This document shows, piece by piece, positions 47,191 to 59,775 of a stretch of DNA of 64,000 nucleotides. The DNA lies in assembly GCF_041886205.1 (NCBI RefSeq), contig NZ_CP169029.1; one strand, written 5' to 3'. This DNA comes from Escherichia coli. Its GTDB lineage: Bacteria; Pseudomonadota; Gammaproteobacteria; Enterobacterales; Enterobacteriaceae. Each line of letters begins with the position of its first letter. Position 1 is the stretch's first letter. A model generated the notes under the pieces. That model saw only the letters and a program-made list of their open reading frames with translations, was not told the origin of the DNA and searched no databases. Made by a program: the position numbers and the translations under genes.

Positions 47191-48168
47191 ATGATTTTTA
47201 CGTCAAGTTGCTGCGATAATTTATCAATAGATGAGATTATCGAACGTGCTGAACAAGGCGATTGCGAGGCTCAATATATTGTTGGGTTTTATTATAATCG
47301 CGATAGCGCAATTGACTCTCCGGACGACGAAAAGGCCTTTTACTGGCTGAAGCTTGCCGCTGAGCAAGGCCATTGTGAAGCACAATATTCCTTGGGGCGG
47401 AAATACTCCGAGGAGAAAAGCCGTCATAAAGATAATGAGCAAGCCATCTTTTGGCTGAAAAAAGCAGCCCTACAAGGCCATACTTTCGCTTCCAACGCCC
47501 TTGGCTGGATACTGGATCGTGGAGAAGACCCCAACTATAAAGAAGCGGTTGCCTGGTATCAGATAGCCGCGGAGAGCGGAATGTCTTATGCGCAAAATAA
47601 TCTTGGATGGATGTACAGAAATGGCAACGGAGTCGCACAAGACTATACGCTGGCATTTTTCTGGTACAAACAAGCTGCATTACAAGGCCATAGTTACGCA
47701 CAAGACAATCTGGCCGATCTTTATAAAGACGGAGAAGGCGTTGCTCAAAACAAGTCACTCGCCGCATTCTGGTATTTGAAAAGCGCACAGCAGGGTAATC
47801 GGCACGCCCAGTTTCAAATTGCATGGGATTATAACGCTGGCGAAGGGGTGGACCAGGACTATAAGCAAGCGATGTACTGGTATCTGAAGGTTGCTGCTCA
47901 GGAAAGCGTCGGCGCTTACGTCAACATCGGTTATATGTATAAACACGGACAAGGCGTTGAGAAAGATTATCAGGCCGCCTTTGAATGGTTTACGAAAGCC
48001 GCTGAATGCAATGACGCCACAGCCTGGTATAACCTGGCCATTATGTATCACTACGGAGAAGGAAGACCTGTCGATCTCCGACTGGCTCTCGACCTGTATC
48101 GTAAAGTTCAGTCATCCGGAACCAGAGATGTCAGTCAAGAAATTCGTGAGATTGAGGATTTACTGTAG
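47191..48168 (+). CDS. ybeQ: Sel1-repeat protein YbeQ
   Basis: 325-aa frame (MIFTSSCCDNLSIDEI) with about eight Sel1-like repeats (AQYxLGxxY pattern). Confidence 0.85.
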   Translation: MIFTSSCCDNLSIDEIIERAEQGDCEAQYIVGFYYNRDSAIDSPDDEKAFYWLKLAAEQGHCEAQYSLGRKYSEEKSRHKDNEQAIFWLKKAALQGHTFASNALGWILDRGEDPNYKEAVAWYQIAAESGMSYAQNNLGWMYRNGNGVAQDYTLAFFWYKQAALQGHSYAQDNLADLYKDGEGVAQNKSLAAFWYLKSAQQGNRHAQFQIAWDYNAGEGVDQDYKQAMYWYLKVAAQESVGAYVNIGYMYKHGQGVEKDYQAAFEWFTKAAECNDATAWYNLAIMYHYGEGRPVDLRLALDLYRKVQSSGTRDVSQEIREIEDLL

Positions 48169-48175
48169 AGATAAA

Positions 48176-48212
48176 AACAAGGGCCGGGGAATTTCATTCG
48201 GCCCATATTCTC
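48176..48212. terminator. bidirectional terminator between convergent ybeQ and ybeL
   Basis: GGGCCGGGG-AATTTCATT-CGGCCC hairpin with T/A runs on both sides. Confidence 0.55.
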
Positions 48213-48237
48213 TTTATTGCTGTGCGAAATCAGACTA

Positions 48238-48720
48238 TTACGGCTCGAACGGGCGTCTCTGGAACTGATCATGACCACATTTCGGGCATAGCGTCAGCAC
48301 TTCCGGTGTGTAGATCGGGAGATGGAAGTGACATTTCTCGCAGACCAGATTCCCCAGCCCTACCACTTCTCCGCTGTGATAAACCCCGTGATGATTGAGA
48401 TCCTGGAAAACTTCACGCCATTCAAGCTGCGTTTTATCGGTGATGTCTGCCAGCTCCTGCCATAAGCTTTCTTTAATCACACGCATAAAGACGCTGTCAG
48501 ATTCTTCTTTCAGGCTCTCTTCATAGCTCATGGCGAACTCTTCCAGGTCACGTCTGACAGCTCGCGTCAGCTCATCGACCTCGGTTCGCGTTAACTCCCC
48601 TGTTTTTATTACGCGCTCGCGCGCCTGTTCCACCAGTGCGTCGATATCACGTTCGCCATTGCGCAGGCGTTCGCTCAGTGACGCGACCAGTTCACGGTAA
48701 TATTGAGCAACCTTGTTCAT
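48238..48720 (-). CDS. ybeL: DUF1451 zinc-ribbon protein YbeL
   Basis: 160-aa ORF MNKVAQYYRELVASLSERLRNGERDID; C-terminal CxxC...CPKCGH. Confidence 0.85.
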   Translation of the reverse strand: MNKVAQYYRELVASLSERLRNGERDIDALVEQARERVIKTGELTRTEVDELTRAVRRDLEEFAMSYEESLKEESDSVFMRVIKESLWQELADITDKTQLEWREVFQDLNHHGVYHSGEVVGLGNLVCEKCHFHLPIYTPEVLTLCPKCGHDQFQRRPFEP

Positions 48721-48954
48721 CGTTTCATCTCCCGGGTCGTTAACTGACTATAATAATAGACGTTCTTTGTTCCTTGCTTTGCTAATACGCCCACAAACTC
48801 TGTAAATTAATGTACGAATAATCCGGGCATCATTTCAACGTCGAGTGCGCGAAAGGCTGTTTTGACGCGGACGTTTGGGCTATGCTATGCGGATCTGAAA
48901 AACCACCTCAACGCTACATTTGTAGCCGTATTGAAAACAGGACCACTGGCTGCC

Positions 48955-51537
48955 ATGCAAGAGCAATACCGCCCGGAAGAGATAGAATCCAAAGTACAGC
49001 TTCATTGGGATGAGAAGCGCACATTTGAAGTAACCGAAGACGAGAGCAAAGAGAAGTATTACTGCCTGTCTATGCTTCCCTATCCTTCTGGTCGACTACA
49101 CATGGGCCACGTACGTAACTACACCATCGGTGACGTGATCGCCCGTTACCAGCGCATGCTGGGCAAAAACGTTCTGCAGCCGATCGGCTGGGACGCGTTT
49201 GGTCTGCCTGCGGAAGGCGCGGCGGTGAAAAACAACACCGCTCCGGCACCGTGGACGTACGACAACATCGCGTATATGAAAAACCAGCTCAAAATGCTGG
49301 GCTTTGGTTATGACTGGAGCCGCGAGCTGGCAACCTGTACGCCGGAATACTACCGTTGGGAACAGAAATTCTTCACCGAGCTGTATAAAAAAGGCCTGGT
49401 ATATAAGAAGACTTCTGCGGTCAACTGGTGCCCGAACGACCAGACCGTACTGGCGAACGAACAAGTTATCGACGGCTGCTGCTGGCGCTGCGATACCAAA
49501 GTTGAGCGTAAAGAGATCCCGCAGTGGTTTATCAAAATCACCGCTTACGCTGACGAGCTGCTCAACGATCTGGATAAACTGGATCACTGGCCAGACACCG
49601 TTAAAACCATGCAGCGTAACTGGATCGGTCGTTCCGAAGGCGTGGAGATCACCTTCAACGTTAACGACTATGACAACACGCTGACCGTTTACACTACCCG
49701 CCCGGACACCTTTATGGGTTGTACCTACCTGGCAGTAGCTGCGGGTCATCCGCTGGCGCAGAAAGCGGCGGAAAATAATCCTGAACTGGCGGCCTTTATT
49801 GACGAATGCCGTAACACCAAAGTTGCCGAAGCTGAAATGGCGACAATGGAGAAAAAAGGCGTCGATACTGGCTTTAAAGCTGTTCACCCATTAACGGGCG
49901 AAGAAATTCCCGTTTGGGCAGCAAACTTCGTATTGATGGAGTACGGCACGGGCGCAGTTATGGCGGTTCCGGGTCACGACCAGCGCGACTACGAGTTTGC
50001 CTCTAAATACGGCCTGAACATCAAACCGGTTATCCTGGCGGCTGACGGCTCTGAGCCAGATCTTTCTCAGCAAGCCCTGACTGAAAAAGGCGTGCTGTTC
50101 AACTCTGGCGAGTTCAACGGTCTTGACCATGAAGCGGCCTTCAACGCCATCGCCGATAAACTGACTGCGATGGGCGTTGGCGAGCGTAAAGTGAACTACC
50201 GCCTGCGCGACTGGGGTGTTTCTCGTCAGCGTTACTGGGGCGCGCCGATTCCGATGGTGACGCTGGAAGACGGTACCGTAATGCCGACCCCGGACGACCA
50301 GCTGCCGGTGATCCTGCCGGAAGATGTGGTAATGGACGGCATTACCAGCCCGATTAAAGCAGATCCTGAGTGGGCGAAAACTACCGTTAACGGTATGCCA
50401 GCGCTGCGTGAAACCGACACTTTCGACACCTTTATGGAGTCCTCCTGGTACTATGCGCGCTACACTTGCCCGGAGTACAAAGAAGGTATGCTGGATTCTA
50501 AAGCGGCTAACTACTGGCTGCCGGTGGATATCTACATTGGTGGTATCGAACACGCCATTATGCACCTGCTCTACTTCCGCTTCTTCCACAAACTGATGCG
50601 TGATGCAGGCATGGTGAACTCTGACGAACCAGCGAAACAGTTGCTGTGTCAGGGTATGGTGCTGGCAGATGCCTTCTACTATGTTGGTGAAAACGGCGAA
50701 CGTAACTGGGTTTCCCCGGTTGATGCTATCGTTGAACGTGACGAGAAAGGCCGTATCGTGAAAGCGAAAGACGCGGCAGGCCATGAACTGGTTTATACCG
50801 GCATGAGCAAAATGTCCAAGTCGAAGAACAACGGTATCGACCCGCAGGTGATGGTTGAACGTTACGGCGCGGACACCGTTCGTCTGTTTATGATGTTTGC
50901 TTCTCCGGCTGATATGACTCTCGAATGGCAGGAATCCGGCGTGGAAGGGGCTAACCGCTTCCTGAAACGTGTCTGGAAACTGGTGTACGAGCATACAGCA
51001 AAAGGTGATGTTGCGGCACTGAACGTTGATGCACTGACTGAAGATCAGAAAGCGCTGCGTCGCGATGTGCATAAAACTATCGCTAAAGTGACCGATGATA
51101 TCGGCCGTCGTCAGACCTTCAACACCGCAATTGCGGCGATTATGGAGCTGATGAACAAACTGGCGAAAGCACCGACCGATGGCGAGCAGGATCGCGCTCT
51201 GATGCAGGAAGCACTGCTGGCCGTTGTCCGTATGCTTAACCCGTTCACCCCGCACATCTGCTTCACGCTGTGGCAGGAACTGAAAGGCGAAGGCGATATC
51301 GACAACGCGCCGTGGCCGGTTGCTGACGAAAAAGCGATGGTGGAAGACTCCACGCTGGTTGTGGTGCAGGTTAACGGTAAAGTCCGTGCCAAAATCACCG
51401 TTCCGGTGGACGCAACGGAAGAACAGGTTCGCGAACGTGCTGGCCAGGAACATCTGGTAGCAAAATATCTTGATGGCGTTACTGTACGTAAAGTGATTTA
51501 CGTACCAGGTAAACTCCTCAATCTGGTCGTTGGCTAA
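48955..51537 (+). CDS. leuS: leucyl-tRNA synthetase
   Basis: 860-aa frame from [22 protein letters not shown]; HMGH and KMSKS class I motifs. Confidence 0.97.
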   Translation: MQEQYRPEEIESKVQLHWDEKRTFEVTEDESKEKYYCLSMLPYPSGRLHMGHVRNYTIGDVIARYQRMLGKNVLQPIGWDAFGLPAEGAAVKNNTAPAPWTYDNIAYMKNQLKMLGFGYDWSRELATCTPEYYRWEQKFFTELYKKGLVYKKTSAVNWCPNDQTVLANEQVIDGCCWRCDTKVERKEIPQWFIKITAYADELLNDLDKLDHWPDTVKTMQRNWIGRSEGVEITFNVNDYDNTLTVYTTRPDTFMGCTYLAVAAGHPLAQKAAENNPELAAFIDECRNTKVAEAEMATMEKKGVDTGFKAVHPLTGEEIPVWAANFVLMEYGTGAVMAVPGHDQRDYEFASKYGLNIKPVILAADGSEPDLSQQALTEKGVLFNSGEFNGLDHEAAFNAIADKLTAMGVGERKVNYRLRDWGVSRQRYWGAPIPMVTLEDGTVMPTPDDQLPVILPEDVVMDGITSPIKADPEWAKTTVNGMPALRETDTFDTFMESSWYYARYTCPEYKEGMLDSKAANYWLPVDIYIGGIEHAIMHLLYFRFFHKLMRDAGMVNSDEPAKQLLCQGMVLADAFYYVGENGERNWVSPVDAIVERDEKGRIVKAKDAAGHELVYTGMSKMSKSKNNGIDPQVMVERYGADTVRLFMMFASPADMTLEWQESGVEGANRFLKRVWKLVYEHTAKGDVAALNVDALTEDQKALRRDVHKTIAKVTDDIGRRQTFNTAIAAIMELMNKLAKAPTDGEQDRALMQEALLAVVRMLNPFTPHICFTLWQELKGEGDIDNAPWPVADEKAMVEDSTLVVVQVNGKVRAKITVPVDATEEQVRERAGQEHLVAKYLDGVTVRKVIYVPGKLLNLVVG

Positions 51538-51551
51538 GCGCGGGAGGAAGC

Positions 51552-52133
51552 GTGCGATATCTGGCAACATTGTTGTTATCTCTGGCGGTGTTAATCACCG
51601 CCGGGTGTGGCTGGCATCTGCGTGATACCACGCAGGTTCCTTCCACTATGAAGGTCATGATTCTGGACTCAGGCGATCCGAACGGGCCATTAAGCCGTGC
51701 GGTGCGTAACCAGTTACGTCTGAATGGTGTCGAGTTGCTTGATAAAGAAACCACGCGTAAGGACGTTCCATCCCTGCGTTTGGGTGCTGTATCAATCTCG
51801 CAGGATACCGCGTCGGTTTTCCGTAATGGTCAAACTGCGGAATATCAGATGGTGATGACTGTTAGCGCGTCGGTATTGATTCCTGGACGAGATATCTACC
51901 CGATTAGCGCCAAAGTCTTCCGTTCGTTCTTCGATAACCCGCAAATGGCGTTAGCGAAAGATAACGAGCAGGAAATGATCATTAAAGAGATGTACGACCG
52001 TGCTGCCGAACAGCTGATTCGTAAGCTACCAAGCATCCGTGCTGCGGATATTCGTTCCGACGAAGAACAGACGTCGACCACAACGGATACTCCGGCAACG
52101 CCTGCACGCGTCTCCACCACGCTGGGTAACTGA
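51552..52133 (+). CDS. lptE: LPS assembly lipoprotein LptE
   Basis: 193-aa ORF from [22 protein letters not shown] lipobox. Confidence 0.93.
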   Translation: MRYLATLLLSLAVLITAGCGWHLRDTTQVPSTMKVMILDSGDPNGPLSRAVRNQLRLNGVELLDKETTRKDVPSLRLGAVSISQDTASVFRNGQTAEYQMVMTVSASVLIPGRDIYPISAKVFRSFFDNPQMALAKDNEQEMIIKEMYDRAAEQLIRKLPSIRAADIRSDEEQTSTTTDTPATPARVSTTLGN

Positions 52134-53164
52134 TGATTCGGTTGTACCCGGAACAACTCCGCGCGCAGCTCAATGAAGGGCTGCGCGCGGCGTATCTTTT
52201 ACTTGGTAACGATCCTCTGTTATTGCAGGAAAGCCAGGACGCTGTTCGTCAGGTAGCTGCGGCACAAGGATTCGAAGAACACCACACTTTTTCCATTGAT
52301 CCCAACACTGACTGGAATGCGATCTTTTCGTTATGCCAGGCCATGAGTCTGTTTGCCAGTCGACAAACGCTATTGCTGTTGTTACCAGAAAACGGACCGA
52401 ATGCGGCGATCAATGAACATCTTCTCACACTCACCGGACTTCTGCATGACGACCTGCTGTTGATCGTCCGCGGTAATAAATTAAGCAAAGCGCAAGAAAA
52501 TGCCGCCTGGTTTACTGCTCTTGCGAATCGCAGCGTGCAGGTGACCTGTCAGACACCGGAGCAGGCTCAGCTTCCCCGCTGGGTTGCTGCGCGCGCAAAA
52601 CAGCTCAACTTAGAACTGGATGACGCTGCAAATCAGGTGCTCTGCTACTGTTATGAAGGTAACCTGCTGGCGCTGGCCCAGGCACTGGAGCGTTTATCGC
52701 TGCTCTGGCCAGACGGCAAACTGACATTACCGCGCGTTGAACAGGCGGTGAATGATGCCGCGCATTTCACCCCTTTTCATTGGGTTGATGCTTTGTTGAT
52801 GGGAAAAAGTAAGCGCGCGTTGCATATTCTTCAGCAACTGCGTCTGGAAGGCAGCGAGCCGGTTATTTTGTTGCGCACATTACAACGTGAACTGTTGTTA
52901 CTGGTTAACCTGAAACGCCAGTCTGCCCATACGCCACTGCGTGCGTTGTTTGATAAGCATCGGGTATGGCAGAACCGCCGGGGCATGATGGGCGAGGCGT
53001 TAAATCGCTTAAGCCAGCCGCAGTTACGTCAGGCCGTGCAACTCCTGACACGAACGGAACTCACCCTCAAACAAGATTACGGTCAGTCAGTGTGGGCAGA
53101 GCTGGAAGGGTTATCTCTTCTGTTGTGCCATAAACCCCTGGCGGACGTATTTATCGACGGTTGA
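52133..53164 (+). CDS. holA: DNA polymerase III delta subunit
   Basis: 343-aa [33 protein letters not shown]; start overlaps lptE stop. Confidence 0.95.
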   Translation: MIRLYPEQLRAQLNEGLRAAYLLLGNDPLLLQESQDAVRQVAAAQGFEEHHTFSIDPNTDWNAIFSLCQAMSLFASRQTLLLLLPENGPNAAINEHLLTLTGLLHDDLLLIVRGNKLSKAQENAAWFTALANRSVQVTCQTPEQAQLPRWVAARAKQLNLELDDAANQVLCYCYEGNLLALAQALERLSLLWPDGKLTLPRVEQAVNDAAHFTPFHWVDALLMGKSKRALHILQQLRLEGSEPVILLRTLQRELLLLVNLKRQSAHTPLRALFDKHRVWQNRRGMMGEALNRLSQPQLRQAVQLLTRTELTLKQDYGQSVWAELEGLSLLLCHKPLADVFIDG

Positions 53165-53165
53165 T

Positions 53166-53807
53166 ATGAAATCTTTACAGGCTCTGTTTGGTGGCACCTT
53201 TGATCCGGTGCACTATGGTCATCTAAAACCCGTGGAAACGCTGGCGAATTTGATTGGTCTGACGCGGGTCACAATAATCCCTAATAATGTTCCTCCACAT
53301 CGTCCCCAGCCGGAAGCGAACAGCGGGCAGCGTAAACACATGCTTGAACTGGCGATTGCCGGCAAGCCATTATTTACTCTTGATGAACGCGAGCTAAAGC
53401 GCAATGCCCCCTCTTACACTGCGCAAACACTGAAAGAGTGGCGGCAGGAACAAGGACCGGACGTGCCGCTGGCGTTTATTATTGGTCAGGATTCATTGCT
53501 GACCTTTCCGACCTGGTACGAATACGAAACGATACTCGACAATGCACATTTGATCGTCTGTCGGCGTCCAGGTTACCCACTTGAAATGACGCAACCGCAA
53601 TACCAGCAATGGCTGGAAGATCATTTGACACATAACCCGGAAGATCTTCACCTTCAGCCTGCCGGTAAAATTTATCTGGCTGAAACGCCGTGGTTTAACA
53701 TCTCGGCGACCATCATCCGCGAACGTTTGCAAAACGGTGAATCGTGTGAGGATTTATTGCCGGAACCGGTATTGACTTACATTAACCAACAAGGCTTGTA
53801 TCGCTGA
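53166..53807 (+). CDS. nadD: nicotinate-nucleotide adenylyltransferase
   Basis: 213-aa [22 protein letters not shown] (nucleotidyltransferase HxGH motif). Confidence 0.95.
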   Translation: MKSLQALFGGTFDPVHYGHLKPVETLANLIGLTRVTIIPNNVPPHRPQPEANSGQRKHMLELAIAGKPLFTLDERELKRNAPSYTAQTLKEWRQEQGPDVPLAFIIGQDSLLTFPTWYEYETILDNAHLIVCRRPGYPLEMTQPQYQQWLEDHLTHNPEDLHLQPAGKIYLAETPWFNISATIIRERLQNGESCEDLLPEPVLTYINQQGLYR

Positions 53808-53830
53808 TACCTGTCGTTACGGAGGGCATG

Positions 53831-54442
53831 ATGCGACTGTGGTTAATTCGTCATGGAGAAACACAAGCGAATGTCGATGGTCTGTACAGCGGTCATGCTC
53901 CCACCCCCCTGACCGCACGCGGTATTGAGCAAGCGCAAAATCTGCATACACTGCTACATGATGTTTCCTTTGACCTGGTTTTATGCAGTGAACTGGAACG
54001 GGCACAGCATACCGCGCGACTGGTTCTCAGTGACCGCCAGCTCCCCGTTCATATCATCCCTGAACTCAACGAAATGTTTTTTGGCGACTGGGAGATGCGA
54101 CATCATCGCGACCTCATGCAAGAAGATGCCGAAAACTATAGCGCGTGGTGCAATGACTGGCAGCATGCTATCCCCACGAACGGTGAAGGATTTCAGGCAT
54201 TTTCGCAACGTGTGGAAAGATTTATCGCAAGGCTTAGTGAATATCATCACTATCAGAATATTGTAGTCGTCAGCCATCAGGGCGTACTGAGTCTGTTAAT
54301 TGCTCGTCTAATTGGCATGCCTGCCGAGTCTATGTGGCATTTTCGCGTTGACCAGGGGTGTTGGAGCGCCATTGATATCAACCAAAAATTCGCGACGCTA
54401 CGTGTCCTCAATAGCCGTGCCATCGGGGTCGAGAATGCATGA
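53831..54442 (+). CDS. cobC: alpha-ribazole phosphatase (histidine phosphatase family)
   Basis: 203-aa frame MRLWLIRHGETQANVDGLYSG (RHG phosphoglycerate-mutase-like motif). Confidence 0.9.
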   Translation: MRLWLIRHGETQANVDGLYSGHAPTPLTARGIEQAQNLHTLLHDVSFDLVLCSELERAQHTARLVLSDRQLPVHIIPELNEMFFGDWEMRHHRDLMQEDAENYSAWCNDWQHAIPTNGEGFQAFSQRVERFIARLSEYHHYQNIVVVSHQGVLSLLIARLIGMPAESMWHFRVDQGCWSAIDINQKFATLRVLNSRAIGVENA

Positions 54443-54683
54443 CTTTTCTGTTTTTTTACGGGTAAGCCGCAACGACCATTGACAGCCCCGGGCAGGCTGA
54501 TATTCTCCGCAGCCAGACTTTTTCCGCCAGACACGACTTTGTAGAAATTGTTTTACAAAAATGGCGATGCAATCTGCGGCGCGGGGTGGGATGATAGCCC
54601 ACTTTCGAAAGCCGATTCGGCGACAATTGTCCCGAAATCGCCTCTGGTTCAGGTATACTGACAGACCATTTTTATCTATTTGA

Positions 54684-55019
<336 letters not shown>

Positions 55020-55022
55020 TGC

Positions 55023-55490
55023 GTGAAGCTGCAACTTGTCGCCGTGGGAACGAAAATGCCGGACTGGGTACAAACCGGTTTTACCGAGTACCTGCGTCGT
55101 TTTCCGAAAGATATGCCCTTCGAGCTGATTGAAATTCCGGCCGGAAAACGCGGCAAGAATGCGGACATCAAGCGCATACTCGACAAAGAGGGTGAGCAGA
55201 TGTTGGCGGCCGCAGGCAAAAACCGCATTGTCACCCTCGATATTCCAGGCAAGCCCTGGGATACGCCGCAGTTAGCCGCTGAGCTGGAACGCTGGAAGCT
55301 GGATGGTCGCGACGTCAGTCTACTGATTGGCGGGCCTGAAGGGTTGTCGCCTGCCTGTAAAGCGGCGGCGGAGCAGAGCTGGTCGCTGTCGGCGCTTACC
55401 CTCCCCCATCCGCTGGTTCGCGTGCTGGTCGCAGAGAGTCTGTACCGGGCGTGGAGCATCACCACCAACCATCCTTATCACCGTGAGTGA
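55023..55490 (+). CDS. rlmH: 23S rRNA m3-pseudouridine1915 methyltransferase
   Basis: 155-aa [30 protein letters not shown]. Confidence 0.95.
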
Positions 55491-55520
55491 TAAGGGAGCT
55501 TTGAGTAGAAAACGCAGCGG

Positions 55521-57422
55521 ATGAAACTACAGAACTCTTTTCGCGACTATACGGCAGAGTCCGCGCTGTTTGTGCGCCGGGCGCTGGTCGCCTTTTTGGG
55601 GATTTTGCTGCTGACCGGCGTGCTTATCGCCAACCTGTATAATCTGCAAATTGTTCGCTTTACCGACTACCAGACCCGCTCTAATGAAAACCGCATTAAG
55701 CTGGTGCCTATCGCGCCCAGCCGCGGCATTATCTACGACCGTAACGGTATCCCTCTGGCCCTCAACCGCACTATCTACCAGATAGAAATGATGCCGGAGA
55801 AAGTCGATAACGTGCAGCAAACGCTGGACGCTTTGCGCAGCGTGGTAGATCTGACCGATGACGATATTGCTGCATTCCGAAAAGAGCGCGCACGTTCACA
55901 CCGTTTCACCTCTATTCCGGTGAAAACTAACCTGACCGAAGTACAAGTAGCTCGCTTTGCCGTCAATCAGTACCGTTTTCCGGGTGTTGAAGTTAAAGGC
56001 TATAAACGTCGTTACTATCCTTACGGTTCGGCGTTGACCCACGTCATCGGCTATGTGTCGAAAATCAACGATAAAGACGTCGAACGCCTGAATAATGACG
56101 GCAAACTGGCCAACTATGCGGCAACGCATGATATCGGTAAGCTGGGCATTGAGCGTTACTATGAAGACGTGCTGCACGGTCAGACCGGTTATGAAGAGGT
56201 TGAAGTTAACAACCGTGGGCGTGTTATTCGCCAGTTAAAAGAAGTACCACCGCAAGCCGGACACGATATTTACCTGACGCTGGATCTCAAACTCCAGCAA
56301 TATATTGAAACGCTGCTGGCGGGTAGCCGCGCAGCTGTGGTAGTCACCGATCCGCGTACAGGTGGGGTGCTGGCGCTGGTTTCCACGCCTAGTTATGACC
56401 CAAACCTGTTTGTTGACGGTATCTCCAGCAAAGATTATTCCGCCTTGCTGAACGACCCGAATACACCGCTGGTGAACCGCGCCACACAGGGGGTTTATCC
56501 TCCCGCGTCTACAGTTAAACCCTATGTGGCGGTTTCGGCATTAAGCGCCGGGGTGATCACGCGCAATACGACGCTGTTTGACCCAGGCTGGTGGCAACTG
56601 CCAGGTTCGGAAAAACGTTATCGTGACTGGAAAAAATGGGGCCACGGGCGTCTGAATGTCACAAGATCGCTGGAAGAATCTGCGGATACCTTCTTCTATC
56701 AGGTGGCCTACGATATGGGGATCGATCGCCTCTCCGAATGGATGGGTAAATTCGGTTATGGTCATTACACCGGTATCGACCTGGCGGAAGAACGTTCCGG
56801 CAACATGCCTACCCGCGAATGGAAACAGAAACGCTTTAAAAAACCGTGGTATCAGGGTGACACCATTCCGGTTGGTATCGGCCAGGGTTACTGGACAGCG
56901 ACCCCAATCCAGATGAGTAAGGCACTGATGATCCTGATTAATGACGGTATCGTGAAGGTTCCGCATTTGCTGATGAGCACCGCCGAAGACGGCAAACAGG
57001 TGCCATGGGTACAACCGCATGAACCGCCCGTCGGCGATATTCATTCCGGTTACTGGGAGCTGGCGAAAGACGGTATGTACGGTGTTGCTAACCGCCCTAA
57101 CGGTACGGCGCATAAATACTTTGCCAGCGCACCGTACAAAATTGCGGCGAAATCTGGTACCGCTCAGGTCTTCGGTCTGAAAGCGAACGAAACCTATAAT
57201 GCGCACAAAATTGCCGAGCGTTTACGTGACCACAAACTGATGACCGCCTTTGCGCCATACAACAATCCGCAAGTGGCTGTCGCCATGATTCTGGAGAACG
57301 GCGGCGCGGGTCCGGCGGTTGGTACGCTGATGCGCCAGATCCTCGACCACATTATGCTGGGTGATAACAATACCGATCTGCCTGCGGAAAATCCTGCGGT
57401 TGCCGCAGCGGAGGACCATTAA
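55521..57422 (+). CDS. mrdA: penicillin-binding protein 2 (elongasome transpeptidase)
   Basis: 633-aa ORF; transpeptidase motifs STVK, SGN (KSGT region). Confidence 0.97.
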   Translation: MKLQNSFRDYTAESALFVRRALVAFLGILLLTGVLIANLYNLQIVRFTDYQTRSNENRIKLVPIAPSRGIIYDRNGIPLALNRTIYQIEMMPEKVDNVQQTLDALRSVVDLTDDDIAAFRKERARSHRFTSIPVKTNLTEVQVARFAVNQYRFPGVEVKGYKRRYYPYGSALTHVIGYVSKINDKDVERLNNDGKLANYAATHDIGKLGIERYYEDVLHGQTGYEEVEVNNRGRVIRQLKEVPPQAGHDIYLTLDLKLQQYIETLLAGSRAAVVVTDPRTGGVLALVSTPSYDPNLFVDGISSKDYSALLNDPNTPLVNRATQGVYPPASTVKPYVAVSALSAGVITRNTTLFDPGWWQLPGSEKRYRDWKKWGHGRLNVTRSLEESADTFFYQVAYDMGIDRLSEWMGKFGYGHYTGIDLAEERSGNMPTREWKQKRFKKPWYQGDTIPVGIGQGYWTATPIQMSKALMILINDGIVKVPHLLMSTAEDGKQVPWVQPHEPPVGDIHSGYWELAKDGMYGVANRPNGTAHKYFASAPYKIAAKSGTAQVFGLKANETYNAHKIAERLRDHKLMTAFAPYNNPQVAVAMILENGGAGPAVGTLMRQILDHIMLGDNNTDLPAENPAVAAAEDH

Positions 57423-57424
57423 TC

Positions 57425-58537
57425 ATGACGGATAATCCGAATAAAAAAACATTCTGGGATAAAGTCCATCTCGATCCCACAATGCTGCTGATCTTACTGG
57501 CATTGCTGGTTTACAGCGCCCTGGTTATCTGGAGCGCCAGCGGTCAGGATATTGGCATGATGGAGCGTAAAATAGGCCAAATCGCGATGGGTCTGGTCAT
57601 CATGGTGGTGATGGCGCAAATTCCTCCACGCGTTTATGAAGGCTGGGCCCCCTATCTCTATATCATCTGTATTATTTTGCTGGTGGCGGTAGATGCTTTC
57701 GGTGCCATCTCTAAAGGCGCTCAACGCTGGCTGGACCTCGGTATTGTTCGTTTTCAGCCGTCGGAAATTGCCAAAATAGCCGTACCACTGATGGTTGCGC
57801 GCTTTATCAACCGCGACGTTTGCCCGCCATCGTTGAAGAACACTGGCATCGCGCTGGTGCTGATATTTATGCCCACGCTGCTGGTGGCTGCACAGCCTGA
57901 CCTGGGAACATCAATCCTCGTTGCGCTTTCCGGTCTGTTTGTACTGTTCCTCTCTGGCCTTAGCTGGCGTCTGATTGGCGTCGCAGTAGTGCTGGTGGCG
58001 GCGTTCATTCCTATTCTGTGGTTCTTCCTGATGCATGATTACCAGCGCCAGCGCGTAATGATGCTCCTGGACCCGGAATCAGACCCACTCGGCGCGGGCT
58101 ATCACATTATTCAGTCTAAAATTGCTATTGGCTCCGGCGGATTACGCGGCAAAGGCTGGCTGCATGGCACTCAGTCACAACTTGAATTTCTACCCGAACG
58201 CCATACCGACTTTATCTTCGCGGTACTGGCGGAAGAGCTGGGATTAGTGGGCATTCTGATTCTGCTCGCTCTCTACATTCTGCTGATCATGCGCGGGCTG
58301 TGGATAGCCGCCAGAGCGCAAACTACCTTTGGTCGCGTCATGGCTGGCGGCTTAATGCTGATATTATTCGTTTATGTCTTCGTAAATATTGGTATGGTAA
58401 GCGGTATTCTGCCGGTTGTAGGGGTTCCGCTCCCACTGGTCAGTTATGGAGGATCAGCGCTAATTGTGCTGATGGCTGGGTTCGGGATTGTAATGTCAAT
58501 CCACACCCACAGGAAAATGTTGTCGAAAAGCGTGTAA
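57425..58537 (+). CDS. mrdB: SEDS peptidoglycan glycosyltransferase RodA
   Basis: 370-aa polytopic membrane [36 protein letters not shown]. Confidence 0.97.
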   Translation: MTDNPNKKTFWDKVHLDPTMLLILLALLVYSALVIWSASGQDIGMMERKIGQIAMGLVIMVVMAQIPPRVYEGWAPYLYIICIILLVAVDAFGAISKGAQRWLDLGIVRFQPSEIAKIAVPLMVARFINRDVCPPSLKNTGIALVLIFMPTLLVAAQPDLGTSILVALSGLFVLFLSGLSWRLIGVAVVLVAAFIPILWFFLMHDYQRQRVMMLLDPESDPLGAGYHIIQSKIAIGSGGLRGKGWLHGTQSQLEFLPERHTDFIFAVLAEELGLVGILILLALYILLIMRGLWIAARAQTTFGRVMAGGLMLILFVYVFVNIGMVSGILPVVGVPLPLVSYGGSALIVLMAGFGIVMSIHTHRKMLSKSV

Positions 58538-58547
58538 GAGGTGCGCA

Positions 58548-59636
58548 ATGCGTAAGCAGTGGCTCGGGATCTGCATCGCGGCAGGAATGCTCGCGGCATG
58601 TACAAGCGATGATGGTCAGCAACAGACGGTAAGTGTACCGCAGCCTGCGGTATGTAACGGCCCCATAGTTGAAATTAGCGGGGCGGACCCGCGTTTCGAA
58701 CCACTGAACGCGACGGCAAATCAGGATTACCAGCGCGACGGTAAAAGCTACAAAATCGTGCAGGATCCGTCTCGATTTAGCCAGGCGGGACTGGCGGCAA
58801 TCTATGATGCCGAACCAGGCAGTAACCTGACGGCCTCTGGCGAAGCTTTCGATCCGACACAGCTGACGGCGGCCCATCCAACGCTTCCGATCCCCAGCTA
58901 CGCCAGAATCACTAACCTGGCTAACGGGCGAATGATCGTGGTGCGCATTAATGATCGCGGCCCTTACGGCAACGACCGCGTTATTTCGCTTTCTCGCGCG
59001 GCAGCTGACCGTCTTAACACGTCAAACAACACCAAAGTTCGTATCGATCCGATTATTGTCGCCCAGGATGGTTCGCTTTCTGGTCCTGGTATGGCCTGTA
59101 CCACAGTTGCCAAACAGACTTACGCCCTGCCTACACCTCCCGATTTAAGCGGTGGCGCGGGAACAAGTTCAGTGTCTGGCCCGCAGGGTGACATTCTTCC
59201 GGTCAGTAATTCGACGCTAAAAAGCGAAGATCCGACCGGCGCGCCGGTAACCAGCAGCGGTTTCCTCGGCGCACCAACGACCTTAGCGCCTGGTGTACTG
59301 GAAGGCAGCGAACCGACGCCTGCGCCACAGCCCGTTGTTACAGCTCCGTCGACAACGCCTGCAACCTCGCCTGCAATGGTGACACCGCAAGCCGCCTCGC
59401 AAAGCGCCAGCGGCAACTTTATGGTGCAAGTCGGGGCCGTAAGCGATCAGGCTCGTGCGCAACAGTACCAACAGCAACTGGGACAGAAGTTCGGCGTCCC
59501 CGGTCGCGTAACTCAAAATGGCGCGGTCTGGCGGATCCAGCTTGGCCCCTTCGCCAGCAAAGCCGAAGCCAGTACCTTGCAGCAACGTTTGCAAACCGAA
59601 GCCCAATTACAGTCATTTATTACCACCGCGCAGTAG
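58548..59636 (+). CDS. rlpA: septal ring lytic transglycosylase lipoprotein RlpA
   Basis: 362-aa ORF with lipobox (LAACTS), DPBB domain and C-terminal SPOR domain. Confidence 0.95.
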   Translation: MRKQWLGICIAAGMLAACTSDDGQQQTVSVPQPAVCNGPIVEISGADPRFEPLNATANQDYQRDGKSYKIVQDPSRFSQAGLAAIYDAEPGSNLTASGEAFDPTQLTAAHPTLPIPSYARITNLANGRMIVVRINDRGPYGNDRVISLSRAAADRLNTSNNTKVRIDPIIVAQDGSLSGPGMACTTVAKQTYALPTPPDLSGGAGTSSVSGPQGDILPVSNSTLKSEDPTGAPVTSSGFLGAPTTLAPGVLEGSEPTPAPQPVVTAPSTTPATSPAMVTPQAASQSASGNFMVQVGAVSDQARAQQYQQQLGQKFGVPGRVTQNGAVWRIQLGPFASKAEASTLQQRLQTEAQLQSFITTAQ

Positions 59637-59775
59637 CGTAAAGCAGGCATCTGATGTGTCAATTTCTGTAAATGACGTTAACAAAGTCACGCGGAAAGTC
59701 AGATGCCTGCCGGTAGTGCATTTGCTATAGTAGGGCACTTTTTTTAATTCCATCACGGATGTCGTAGTTCAGACC

